A stretch of 63,483 nt of DNA, filler included, from Phoronis australis (taxonomy: Eukaryota; Animalia; Phoronida), in NCBI GenBank assembly GCA_002633005.1. It is 11 parts of 11 records of this genome, joined end to end, with 100 filler letters (N's around TTAATTAATTAA, not from the genome) between each part and the next. Parts side by side here need not be neighbours in the genome. Positions count along the whole stretch, not along the records: positions 33,923 to 39,297 come from NMRA01002351.1; positions 39,398 to 44,990 come from NMRA01002306.1; positions 45,091 to 50,089 come from NMRA01002442.1; positions 50,190 to 53,037 come from NMRA01003379.1; 7 more parts are not named here. One strand, given 5' to 3'. Shown piece by piece: positions 38,603 to 50,959 of the stretch (positions within the stretch are counted from its first letter, which is position 1; the number at the start of each line of letters is the position of its first letter). The notes under the pieces were generated by a model, which saw only the letters and a list, made by a program, of their open reading frames with translations, had not been told where the DNA came from and made no database searches. The translations under genes and the position numbers were made by a program.

Positions 38603-38772
38603 ATGTTCCTCCATTGGAGGACATGTCAGATCTGCTCCACCAGGTGGAGCGGCTGCGAGAGTACAAGAAGACGTCAGAGAAGCCATCGGCCAGTATTCCT
38701 GCCAAGCTTAAAACGAAGGAAAACTCAGCCTCTCATGAGAAACAAGCAAGTGGCAGCATAAAGGACAGCACT
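38603..38772 (+). CDS. Unidentified gene, exon 2
   Basis: ttccag|AT GTT...ACT|gtaggt, phase-compatible with exon 1. Joined product begins MADDDVPPLEDMSDLLHQVERLREYKKTSEK. Confidence 0.7.
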
Positions 38773-39211
38773 GTAGGTTTCAACTTGTGTAGGATACACC
38801 ACTGCCATGTGTAGAGCGCGGCGCAGTATTGGCTAATTCTCTATATTTGCAAAACAGACCTGCATATTAGCAATAAGGTTTATAGTGAAATTAGCAGGCC
38901 CCCCTCTGAACATTACACCACCAGGGGCCCTGCTTTACACCTGTAGAACACCAGGGGCACTGCTTACGCAAAATGATGGGCTGCTCTGACGGGGTACCCT
39001 GTGGTTTCTAAGGCTTTTGCATATTAGCATCGATTGAAGGCTTTCAATCACTCATTAACAGCTAATCAGCTATTCTTCAGCTACGTAGTCAAACCGTGAG
39101 ATGGCTAGGGGCGTGACTTGCATTCCCACAAGTTGGCGCCCATCAGATAGTCGTGGGCTGCTAATCTGCGATTTTATCAGCGCTATTGTTGCTAATCTTA
39201 CTGTTGCAGAG

Positions 39212-39284
39212 TAGCATGCTATTCTGCAATTGCATGCTATTCTGCAATAGCATGCTATTCTGCAATAGCATGCTATTCTGCAAT
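39212..39284. repeat. 18-bp tandem repeat, 4 copies
   Basis: TAGCATGCTATTCTGCAA. Confidence 0.85.
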
Positions 39285-40344
39285 GGTAAGGTTGCTANNN
39301 NNNNNNNNNNNNNNNNNNNNNNNNNNNNNNNNNNNNNNNNNTTAATTAATTAANNNNNNNNNNNNNNNNNNNNNNNNNNNNNNNNNNNNNNNNNNNNTCT
39401 CTATGTATATAAGTTTCATTTATGAATTGTTTACAACCCAGATATAATGCTTCGCGGTTTCTGGGTTTGTTATAATTTCTTTGTATGCTCTGTGTATCCT
39501 TCAATAAATATATATCACAGTGAAAAAAAAGAATAATTGATGTTATTAAATATATTTTTATTAAAATAAAAACCTGGCCCGTAATTAACATAAAAGTTAT
39601 TTGACCATCAATTCTGCTTTCTTGGTTTTAATACTTCTTACATCTACTGCATGTATTAGGTTTCAAATATCAATCTGAACCAAGTTGAATTTTAAAATTA
39701 AAACAACTAATTTGTTCATCCAAAGCATAACCTCGTTTTAGAGATCAATTTCAGTTAACTGGACAGAGCAAGCAGTTATCATGTTTCTTCAGGGGCCTTG
39801 TTCATCGGAGGGGAAAGGTGCCTGTGCCTTCTGAGAAGGGAATGTTTTCGTCGAGTGAGGGGGAAAATCTAGCTCATCCTGATCACCATCAGTAGGACCC
39901 CCGCCCTGTTGCAAGCTCTCATAGGCTATGTCACAAGTAGCATTTTGTGCTCTTTCAAATTGTCACCTTTGTGGTTACATGTGATTTGAACTTCGGAGAG
40001 AAATTTTCAATCACTTTTTAGGCCTCTTGGGGGTGATTTCGAGTGATTTTTAAATATTTTTGAGAGGGGAATAGAGCCGAAATTCGGTCCTGAAATCGAG
40101 GAACTGAGGGCCCTGTCCTTTTTGGAAAGAAAAATGCATCATATTTCAACCCGTAGTCATGAAAACACAGCCTGGCTGGCCGAAGATTCTCCGATTGTTG
40201 CTATGATGCTCGGCAACTGAGATCCGACAAAATATGAACTTTTCGAAAACTTTATAAAGTAACATTACAAGGAAATATTTTCTTTCATCCCAGCGTATGG
40301 CAACAACTCAGTAGTTGAAGTCATCGGAAAATCATCGTCAGCCA

Positions 40345-42678
40345 TTTTCTTTATAGTAAGAACATACATGCCAATTTTCACAATCATCCTTAGAACGGTT
40401 TGGTTGATAGAGAGGTGAACGCCAAACAGTGAAAATGGCCACTAGGTGGTGCAAAATACTTCAAATCCATCCAAAAACGGGCGGATAGCGTCATCTCACT
40501 AATAGATGCCTACCATATTCACCGTAATAACTGCCCAGGGCGCTTAGAAAAGTTCGATTCAGGAGGGGCGCTTATTATAACCCAAGGCCGTTGAAACCCG
40601 GTCTCTGAAACGGGTGAAATCGGAAGCTAAGATTCATCATATTTACGCTCTGTGACGAATCGGTAATCTATTAAAGACTTCCTACAAAACCATGGTGCAT
40701 TGCTATCAAACTTTGCTGCTAAATTACAATCACTTTAAAGAAAATTGTGATGAAATCCCAGGGCGAAAACTCGGCGACTGCCTGCCTCGCAATCATCGAT
40801 ATGGTGACTTGAATGTGTAAATAAAAAAAAAGTTTCGACTCAAGCAAATCACCTGAAATCTTCCTCAAGTTTTCCAAGTAGCGTCCCTAAGATTTTTAAG
40901 TTCCCATGGAGTCTGGATCACGGCAGGTTTAAGTACAAATCTGTGCTACATCGTGCCATCTACATGTATGATCGGCAACATGGGAAAAATGTCTGGACGA
41001 ACACACAATGTTGTTATCACGTGACATTTCTTTTGAAGTTGTCTGCGTTTGTGAGTAAGCGAGCGCGTGCGTGTCACCAGAGTTTATTTGCCAGAGCAGA
41101 GACCGTCTTTTGGCCAAAGCCACGCAATCTAACGAGCTAGATGTGCATTGTATCTAAAGAAATTTGCACAAGCAGTAGGCCTAAACCAGAGCGTGTTTCA
41201 TTCAGCACTTGCCGGTCTCGTGTGCTAAAAACGTTCGACATTTGTCTCGGTAAGGCCATATTAGTCGCCATGTGGCTGGGTGTGTAAGCATTCACTGTCA
41301 GTGATCATTTTATCGGAAACACCAATTATGGTAAATCAAACAAATCATCTTAAAAATAAGGCAAACATTTTTATAGTATTACAAACTGTTGGAAATTAGT
41401 GCCAATATTCATTTCTTGCTGATGCTATGCTACCCGTTTCATGAATGGATAGTTCCCGACTTATGCCTTTGATGACAGGTTCATGTATGTACCACGCATT
41501 TCCTGGCCACATGCTTTTAACACTGGCCAAGCTTTTTATTAGTCTTCGATTCGCGGTTTTCACGTGCAGGCCTACAAAGAAATTTGGATTCCTGTTGAAA
41601 GCGGGAAATATCTATCTACAAAGCAATCCCGTAGATAAGTACAGTACTTCTGTTCTGAAAGGCCAGACCATTGGTCCTTGCAATATCAGCAAAACTTTTG
41701 CGTTCGTTTTGAGGAAATACAGATGTTTGAATCGTTAGTCACGGCTAAATACCAACATAGCGGCAAGGCTCGTGGTCTACAGATTCTGCGCACTATGATT
41801 TTTTTCAGGACTGTCGGATATTATTGATAAATTGAAGACATTACTGTAGAATTTTAGGACTGTAGGTACGGCATTTTTCGCACGTACAAATTCATGGACC
41901 GGGCGCTTATTTTAGCAAAGTCTGAAAATACGTGGGGGCGCTTATATGGGCATGGGCGGTTATTACGGCGAATATGGTATCTGCCAAATTTTATGAAAAC
42001 CCGTTGAGGACCTTTGAAGATACAGACTGAGGTAACATAAAAAATAACATTGCCAATAGGGGGCACAACGGTAGTCCGATCCATGGGAACTCATCGCCGT
42101 TCGTTATCAACTTCATATGATATACTTGTTGCATTTAGAACAAGATCCTACATGCGTATCAGGAGAAACAGCCATGGACAGAAAAATACACAAACTGCTC
42201 CTAGGAGGCGCCACAGTAGTCAAAGTCATCCGCAAATCATTGCCCATTTCACAGCAAGAACATATAAATCAATTTTCAAAATCATCCTCAGAGCGGTTTG
42301 GTTGATAGAAGGGTGGACGCCAAAAACAGACCCGAAAACAGTAAAAATTGGCTACTGAGTGCCGCAAAGTAATGAATCCATCTGAAAACGGGAGGACAGC
42401 ACCATCTCAACAACAGATGCCTAAGTGCTAAATTTTATGAAAATCCACTGAGGACCATCAAAGATACAAAGGTAAGCTAAAATTGCCACTACGGACACAC
42501 CCGTAGTAAAAGACGTTGGAAATTCGTCGTCATGAGCTTGATAGGAACACACCTGCCAAATCTCATCAATGTCCTGAGGGAGGTTAAGAAGATACAGCTG
42601 CGGACGCTGGATGCCCAGACGCCCGGAAAGAGGTGGCAGCAATATGTCACCACAAACAAATATGTGGGCGCATAAAAA
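40345..42678 (-). mobile_element. Second Helentron/DINE-like copy, interrupted by the TA-flanked element
   Basis: Reverse-complement similarity to 11017-11730 on both sides of 40513-41977. Confidence 0.6.
40513..41977 (-). mobile_element. Same TA-flanked family, copy 3, inserted in a Helentron-like repeat
   Basis: TIRs CCATATTCACCGTAATAA and TTATTACGGCGAATATGG with a TA duplication. Flanks rejoin to the empty-site sequence seen near 11700. Confidence 0.87.
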
Positions 42679-42810
42679 TGAGAAAATAAAATACCACTTA
42701 TTCGACAAATTGTGCACTAAACTTTCCATGTAACATTAAATTCTTATTCACTGGAACAATAAATGTAAACTCAATAATGAGTCATGCGAGTCATGCTTGC
42801 ATGGACCTAC

Positions 42811-42942
42811 TTCCGTATATCGCCTGGAAGAGCTTGTTAATCAGTGACCCTCTGTAGCCGTAACCATCCTTTCCATATTTACGCAGCTTCCTGTTAATGG
42901 TGCTAGGTGACCACGTCTGAGGGTTGGTCACTGAGAACTTGT
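42811..42942 (-). CDS. Orphan internal exon of an unidentified gene
   Basis: Long pyrimidine tract, ctgcag|AC...GGA A|gtaggt, 132 nt, phase 1-1, with only one frame open: KFSVTNPQTWSPSTINRKLRKYGKDGYGYRGSLINKLFQAIYG. Confidence 0.6.
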
Positions 42943-43524
42943 CTGCAGGAAAAAAATAAAAATAAAATTAAAGTGAAAACAGGCATAACACAAGACATTA
43001 CAGGGTATTCCCGTTGAGCCCAACTTGTTCGATTCTATAGCCCAACCACAAATTGGGAAGATGACCTCCTGTAGCCAATATCACATGACTGATTTACTCC
43101 ATTCTGGCATTGATGGTAGGAGGGCCAGCTCTCTTTTGTTCGATAACTGTCCTTAATCTACAATAAGATCATACTATCTAGCCTCATTGAGCTATGCTGT
43201 TAAAAATAAAAATTAAGTTTTTATAACATATTTGAACATAGGCCAATAGCATTTCTGAACTCCTTGTCAAATGCAGATCAGGTTTAGTTTTGAATTGCCA
43301 AAATCGCCCAACTACAACCAAAGTTACGACAATCTATTCTTTCCGAATGTATCAATTCGCTCTGGGTTTGACTATGTTCACACGTGGCCTGTAATAAGCC
43401 TGGTAGATAGTTGGCCAGCATGTTGTAATACCTGACAAAAGACTGTGCTTTGCAGTTAACAAAGGAGCTAGATGTTATCACACGCTCACAACCCTCTACG
43501 TCTGGTAAAGTCACTTAACGGGAA

Positions 43525-44990
43525 TGTTATATTATGTTTACATTAGAGCAGTTACAACGCCACCTGGCGACTATCTGACATTTTATATACTATTAGCCTG
43601 TACACGTGTGTTGCAGTAGTTTGGTGTTAGCGATGCAATAGACATTATGTTCTACGAATGATCTCTGGTATTACATACACAACATTTTTGCGACGAGGAT
43701 TTAACCATTATATTACAGGAAAATTACTATGGATGAATTAACGTTGAAAGCGTAATTTGCTATTTAACCTGAATCAGCCAGCACGTGTTGGGAACTTTGG
43801 CTGAAATGGCTGGATAACTTTCTGGAGGCAAAAAACATCACGCAGGAACCGTGGAAAAAAGCTACGCTTCTCCATTATGCGGGTAACGATGTGTTTGCGA
43901 TAAACGATTCGCTACCTACGGTAGCGGAAGAAACATATCACCAATTACAGACTAAGCTGTCGGATTATTTTGCACCGAAGCGCAACACTGAATATGAAGT
44001 GTTTCGGTTCCGACAAGCGACGCAGGATGCTTCAGAAACGTTGCATATGTTTTATGCACGGCTGCGTACCCTTGCTAAATACTGTGAGTTTGCGGACATG
44101 GATCTGGAAATCAAATCCCAGCTGATTCAAAAGTCACGTTTGGACAAGGTGCGCAACCAAGGACTCACAGAACCGAGCATTACCTTGCACGGACTGCTTA
44201 CATACGGACGTACACAGGAATCTGTGACCTTGCAAGCCCAGGCCATGGGGACGCTGACGGTGGACACTAACAAAATACAAGACAAACGGGGCAGCGCCCA
44301 CAGACAGGACAACGCCCACAGGCAAGTAGAGTTACAAAATTTCGTTTGGCTAAGCCTGCCGGTCCAGGATCGTGCTGGGGTTGCGGCAAATTTTGTAAGG
44401 ACAGACGGAAATGTCCCACTTGGGGCATTACCTGCTTCAAATGCAGTAAACCAAATCATTACAAATTGGTTTGCTCTTCCCATGGACATGGCTAATGCGG
44501 ACACACGGGTAAAACGCATGTGATGCAAGAGCAGGCCACGCCACGGAAAACCACCTACGGTGGAGCATGCCAAGCTACGTGGGAAACAACTTACAGTGGA
44601 ATGTATTGCCTGACATCGAACAAGACGAACAACGAACCATATTTGGTGAACATATCTGGCAACGGTCAGCCCATCCCGAAGGAAATCGACACTGGCGCCA
44701 AATATACAGTGATTAATCACAGCACATGGAAGAAATTGTCTAGTGACCAACCACTTAATGAGGCAAAAATGGTGCTTGTGGGCTACGGTGGCGCTGAAGT
44801 GAGACCACAGGAATCAGTCGTTAGTGTGAGAGCGAATGACGAAACTATGCAATTGCCTATCCTTGTGGCAGATGGTCCAAATCTACTTGGACGTAATTGG
44901 TTAAACAAACTAAAGATCGATTGGGCAAACTTGTTTCATGTCCAGGATGTGACTGCTGTGAGTGACGTGGACTGTTACGAGAAATTTCAG
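43525..44990 (+). mobile_element. Ty3/Gypsy LTR retrotransposon, 5' part (decayed)
   Basis: Candidate LTR TGTT...AACA at 43525-43684 and PBS-like TGCGACGAGG. Gag (FAPKRNTEYEVFRFRQATQ), a frameshifted zinc knuckle (CFKCSKPNHYKLVC) and protease (IDTGA...GPNLLGRNWL) follow. Cut by the spacer. Confidence 0.88.
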
Positions 44991-45960
44991 NNNNNNNNNN
45001 NNNNNNNNNNNNNNNNNNNNNNNNNNNNNNNNNNTTAATTAATTAANNNNNNNNNNNNNNNNNNNNNNNNNNNNNNNNNNNNNNNNNNNNCTAACACAGG
45101 CATAACATTGACAATAACAATAATTACCTTAGTGTTTATATAGCACTAAGCAATTTACAAACTGTACACATGTGTACTGAAAGAAGTTTAGGATTCAAGA
45201 CCAGAATTCACCTTTGTGTCTGCCAAATATAACGAACTGTTAGGCGTATTGGCTTGCTTTTGCTTACGTCACCGCGAGAATCACCTTTTAATTCAAACGG
45301 CTGCAAATAATACCCGCACGCAATGGTTTTCTATTCAGACCCCTATTCAATAAAACCTTTTGTTGTTTGCGCTGGGTTCTCGCGGTGACGCAACATAGCA
45401 CAAAAAGGCAGCTTCACTTATCATTTGACGGGCTTACATTTGCATGGTGGAACTCGCGTTTTCTTGTTTTACTAAATCTTTGCAAGGACTATCTGGTTAG
45501 CCCAATACATTTAAAAATAACAAAATTCCATTGAAGTTAGGCTTTAAGCCGCAGGCCTTGTGCAAGCACCAATGTCGAATTCGCAATTTTAGGGTTGGCA
45601 AAACCCAATAAACTATAATTCTTTTATGGAGTCACTGATAGTTATGATGTTCTTGTTGGCAATGGTAAGGAATATTAAAAGCAAGACTTTTAATTCAATT
45701 TTAGCCAGCTGAATAACTAACTTAAGGCAAAATACAGTTTTAAACGAAGAAGGGATGTTTTCACAAAGAACTTGGAAGAAACTCTGCCAATGCAAGAACA
45801 GCTTGTCAAGACATACAATCAAAGCCATAATATCACTGTTACGTACCAACAACTTTGACCTACTTTGCTACTAAGCACCCAAGGCTACAGCATTTGTGAT
45901 CTCACAAATTTATTTTGGATTGTGCCGAATGGATAAAGTTCACTCCACCGCAGTACTTAC

Positions 45961-46056
45961 CTGAGAGCATAGGCGATGATGGAACTCGGCTCCTTGTCAT
46001 AGATAATGACAGGTAACTTCACAGACGACTTGAGGAGATGATGCTCGTCATTGGGG
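45961..46056 (-). CDS. PIKFYVE: PIKfyve/Fab1 PI3P 5-kinase exon
   Basis: ttacag|C CCC...CTC AG|gtaagt. Encodes PNDEHHLLKSSVKLPVIIYDKEPSSIIAYAL, containing the EPSSIIAxAL motif conserved in Fab1/PIKfyve. Confidence 0.88.
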
Positions 46057-46113
46057 CTGTAACGGCAGAAGATTCAACAGTGACATCTCAGCAGTCTACT
46101 GATGATATCAAAT

Positions 46114-46200
46114 ACCCACAATGCAACATTTCAATTACACCCACAATGCAACATTTCAATTACACCCACAATGCAACATTTCAATTACACCCACAATGCA
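46114..46200. repeat. 25-bp tandem repeat, ~3.5 copies
   Basis: ACCCACAATGCAACATTTCAATTAC. Confidence 0.85.
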
Positions 46201-46715
46201 TTACTTGATTTGTTTGGATGAGCTACAACACTCACTACTTCGAAATGATAGATCTGATGCATAATGGCAACCATCATGGTTGCTATTGCTGACCCACAAT
46301 GCATTATATCAAAATTGAGGATTAAATAACTACCAGTAACAAGCAACAACTTCAATGACAGCGTATGTCTAATTTTGATACAAAGAATCCAGAAACACCA
46401 CTTCAATGACACCCACAATGTATTATTGAACAGATAAAGCTGCATTTCAACGCTGTTTAGCTGCCAATGTTGAATTCTTAACCAATGAAAGCACACTGGG
46501 GTTTAAAAACAAGACCGTGCTCATGAGATCCTAAGTCGTTGTCACATATACCATCAACTTAAGTCACAGGCAATGCGAACATGCGCCACTTTCAAATCCG
46601 CAGTTTTAGGGTTGGCCAACCAAATTTTTTTTTGATTTCAATATTCTTATTGGTAATGAAAAGAGAGTCCTATCATGGTAAAGAATGTTATGAGACCAAT
46701 CCTACTAGAGTTGAA

Positions 46716-47217
46716 TGTAGCGCGCGCTTCCTGGCCACGTGCTTTTAACAAAGGTCAAGTTTTTATTAGTCTTTGATTCGCGGTTTTCACGTGTACAAAA
46801 AAATTTGGATTCCTATTGAGGGAGAAAATCTGTACGGTAAAGATACAATACAATCCTTTTGACAAGTATGCTGCGTCTGTTCTGAAAAGCCAGACCATAA
46901 TAAGACACATCCTTCACGAGATCAGCAAAACTTATTTGTTCTTTTTGAAGCACGGCCGAAGTTTGAAGTGTATAGTCACGACTAAATACCGACATAGTGG
47001 AGAGGCTCGTGGTCTACAAATTCTGCGCACAATGATTTTTTCAGGACTGTCAGATCTTATTGATAAATTGAAGACATTACTGTAGAATTTTAGAATTGTA
47101 GGTAAGGCATTATTTGCATGCACACAGCGTTCATGGACTGGGCGCTTATTTTAGCGAAGTCTGAAAACGCGTGGGGGGCACTTATAGGGGCATGGGTGCT
47201 TATAAGGGTGAATACGG
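46716..47217 (-). mobile_element. Partial copy (one TIR) of the same family in a PIKfyve intron
   Basis: Ends GGGCATGGGTGCTTATAAGGGTGAATACGG-TA and matches the end of copy 3. Confidence 0.8.
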
Positions 47218-47293
47218 TATTTATTACTCTGGGAACTCACTAAATACACGACACATCTTCTGTAACGTTACTTTGAAATATCGGACTACGTAC

Positions 47294-47411
47294 AAAGGCA
47301 TGACCAGCGGATTGTTGCCGGACACTGACAAGAGATTGGATAAGACCGACTTGAAGCCTCGTTTTTCCACTTTGCCCGAATCTTGAAATGTTGACATGTC
47401 ATCCCCGTTGG
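47294..47411 (-). CDS. PIKFYVE: PIKfyve exon
   Basis: tttcag|CC AAC...CCT TT|gtacgt. Encodes NGDDMSTFQDSGKVEKRGFKSVLSNLLSVSGNNPLVMP and joins in frame to the next exon. Confidence 0.8.
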
Positions 47412-48210
47412 CTGAAACACAAAAATACACAGATTACGGTAAAATTTCTTCAGTTTGGGACAAAAATAATTGCTTAAAATTTTCATATTTCTATTTTTCA
47501 TAGGCATGTCACATTGTTACAAATTGTCAAAAATTTATCAAATGTCATTTGATAATAGCTACACCACACAAACAGAATTAATTTTCCTGAGAAGTTATTT
47601 TTGCTGAAAATTTTGACAAAATGAAATTTCAACAAGCAATATATTATGCAAAACTATATTAAACAGTTATAACCACAATAATATTCAACTATAGACAGGT
47701 AGAGCCACCTATTCAGAAAGACAAAAGCTTCAGTCATATTAACCCAGACTGCATGGACTTCACTCCCATTGTTTTAGTAAGTCATGCTTTGAATTTCAAC
47801 ATTTCAATTAGAAACAAGGAAGACTTCTACAAAACACTTTTTATTATCCTGTTTCAAGACAGTAGCTTTCTAAGCACCGTTATACTAAACTTCTCATAAA
47901 ATTTGGAAATTGATGTTTTACTTGCGAGTGTCACACGTCTTCATTATACAACCAGGTTAACTTAGTTAAAACGTGAAAAGATATGTAATGCCAAATTGTA
48001 TTGATCAAGAAAGGAACAAATAAAGTTTCCAATCGTATGCAACAATAAAAAGCAGATTTAAAAAATAACACAAACAAGGAAAAGGAACAATTGAGCATGT
48101 ATTTACATTTTTTTAGAGGTTTTATATTTTTCCTTACTTTGACATGAAATCTTAAGTTTACATAAAATACGCTTTGCCACTTGAAAAGATAAACAAACAT
48201 CTGTGCTCAC

Positions 48211-48366
48211 CTTGTTTTTTGCTATTCTCACCAGATGGCACCTGTTTTGGTGGGCTGACAACAACTGACTTGGTGATTGACTTGTCACTAACAGAGGACT
48301 CTGTAGTCTCTGTGAATCCACCGCTGCTACGATTATCTGAGGATGTGTTAGTGGGTATCTCTGCAG
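48211..48366 (-). CDS. PIKFYVE: PIKfyve exon (low-complexity linker)
   Basis: ttgcag|CT GCA...CAA G|gtgagc, 156 nt, phase 1-1, open frame. Confidence 0.7.
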
Positions 48367-48904
48367 CTGCAAAATATAAAGTCAAGTTTCAAACGCACAA
48401 CTTCAGCTTGTTGCTTAAAAACCAACAAAAGCACTTTTATATTTTAAACATTTTCAAATGCCAAATTTGCATGTAAATTATTTTAGAATACAACATTTCT
48501 TGCTATTGACTAGGTGAATGTAATGTACGGTAATTCTTATGCAGTTATATCTGATGCTGGGATATATAAATATCTAAAGTTTTGTAATAAAAGTAATAAT
48601 ATTCTTTACTGCATTGTATTTCACAGCTGAAACATCTGTTTTAATTTACAACAAAAAGCAAACAAAAAAATCAATTTCCACACCACTGCTAAGTCAATAG
48701 TCAGTTACAGGGCTCCCCAGAATTTGAGAACCAGTTTCTTCTTCTGGATATTAGACATCGAACTGGTTCTCAAAATCCAAGTGCCAAGAGCCCTAAGTTC
48801 TGTACTTGATAGTAGTAACAACAACCAGTAGCAGTACTCACTCTCTCTGTGTTTACACATGATGAATGTGTCTTCATCCACACTTCCTTTAGTCGGCCAC
48901 ATAC

Positions 48905-49006
48905 CCACGTTCAGCCCCGGACTGATGCTGTAGTCACAGTTAGCGTCCTCTGTTGTCGACTCTGAGACACTGCGCTCTGACTCAACCACAGACACGTCAA
49001 GGCAAT
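48905..49006 (-). CDS. PIKFYVE: PIKfyve exon (linker)
   Basis: ttgcag|AT TGC...GTG G|gtatgt, 102 nt, phase 1-1. Encodes CLDVSVVESERSVSESTTEDANCDYSISPGLNV. Confidence 0.65.
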
Positions 49007-50025
49007 CTGCAACAATGGCAAACCTCACAGACCAGTCACAAACACATTCTGATTTAAGACTTACTACCTAATACTTGTGCCAAACATAGGTCCACTACCT
49101 TTTGATGCATAAAAAATTGAAGAGACACCCAACATTAATTGATATCTAATGTTCATTTCTAAGCTTGAATTTCTTTGCATTTCTAGTATTGGATATAAAG
49201 CATAAATTATAGTTTTAACCTTAAAAGGATACCAAACCTGGTTTTGACCAATTAACGGATATTAACAATGACTTTCCCATCCAGCACTCTAAAACAAAAT
49301 TAAGCTCTTAAAAGTTTAGAGAATATTTTGAAAGCTAGTAATACAAAGTCTGCTAAACGGGCAATTGTTGACGCACATTTCAGACAAGTTACAAGACAGC
49401 TCTAGGAAAAGATCACCAGCTAAGAACAATCCATTCTATGACACAGCGACCATCTCTTTTTAGTTGAATCCTGCTTTTATCAATCAAGTGAGACACCAAC
49501 GGTGCATTTATTTAGCAGGAAGCGTAACAAGGATCAGTAGAAATCACCAAAAACGAGTTACGTATCGTATTGTGACTACTTGCTTTTAGCCTGAATTATG
49601 GTGGCCAACAACTGTTTATCAAGCTTGATGATTTGAGTGACGAAAATGATATAGTTTTAACATCATCAAATTAGTTTCTAAAACGAAAAATACATAATAA
49701 AAAAATAGTTGTATTGAGAAGCAAAATATAGTATGTGCACAATGAACCACATTAAAACATAAAACAAAATGCTTGACAAATATAACAGCAATAGCATTAG
49801 CAAGTTCTCTTACATCTAAAGCTCATAACTGACGTCATCCCTGTCTACTTTTGCGATAAATGCAACAAAATCAACTGACCAAACCAGTGAACTGTTACTG
49901 AACAACAAATACATTAAGTAGGCATAAAAAACTTTCCGTTTAACATTACTGAAACATGACCTCTAGTTAAAGTACCACTCAACACTATTTACAAATTGCC
50001 ATCAAAGATGGTACTGTTCACCTAC

Positions 50026-50089
50026 TTTGAAGACCTTCCTCCATAGCGTCAGCGATCTCAGCCTCCAAACCATGTATTTCCGTTTGTTT
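50026..50089 (-). CDS. PIKFYVE: Probable PIKfyve exon, 3' part (cut by contig end)
   Basis: Encodes KQTEIHGLEAEIADAMEEGLQ, then A|gtaggt. Phase 1 fits the next exon. Confidence 0.55.
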
Positions 50090-50959
50090 NNNNNNNNNNN
50101 NNNNNNNNNNNNNNNNNNNNNNNNNNNNNNNNNTTAATTAATTAANNNNNNNNNNNNNNNNNNNNNNNNNNNNNNNNNNNNNNNNNNNNTCTAACATTTG
50201 GAAAACATCTTTAACAAAGTAAATTTACATGTACGTGGATAACGTTTCTTTTGGCTCACCATGTACAAAGGAAACAAATGGCAAACGAAGATTTGGTGAG
50301 AAATGTATCGTTGAAGCAAGCTTTGATTGAACCTACAAAGAAAGAGATGTTCTTGTAACATATTTTATACATGTGCAGAAAATTTTCGCCAAACGGCTCA
50401 ACTGAGTTTTTCCATCACAACAATGAGGAAACGTTAAATTTACTCTCATGTGCATGTATGAACGTCCGATTGGAGCTCACGTATTAGAACACTCGTTGTT
50501 GTTTGGCAAGGATTTCATTCTCCTGTCTGGTGGACGCATTCCAAATCCCACGTTTATTTACATTGGATGATTAGCCCCGACAATTGCAGCGTGGTACAGA
50601 CCAGAAATTTCTGTTACCATAACGCCTCTCTGGTCAAAGGTGGACGGGCGTTGTGAAGGAACATATTTGGTCGGTAGCATTTACTTGTACCAGGCTGGCT
50701 TGGTATGCCGCCTGTTGGCTTTTAAGGTAACCTTAAAAGCCAACAGGCAGCATACCGAAGACGACGACGATGATGATGATAAATGTCTATTTTTTTGCTA
50801 TCTGACCGTCATTACATTACCTAGAACTGTCAATACAGTCATGTACATGTACGTTGCGTAAATAAAAACTAGTTCGACGAGCACGATCACGAGACTTTAC
50901 AGACCTTGATAACGGTGATGACAACTATTAGACCGGCAGCCCAGATCACTTGGCATAGA

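Noticed and set aside
44127-44750. 207-aa minus-strand ORF
   Set aside because: Antisense shadow of the Gypsy gag/protease region.
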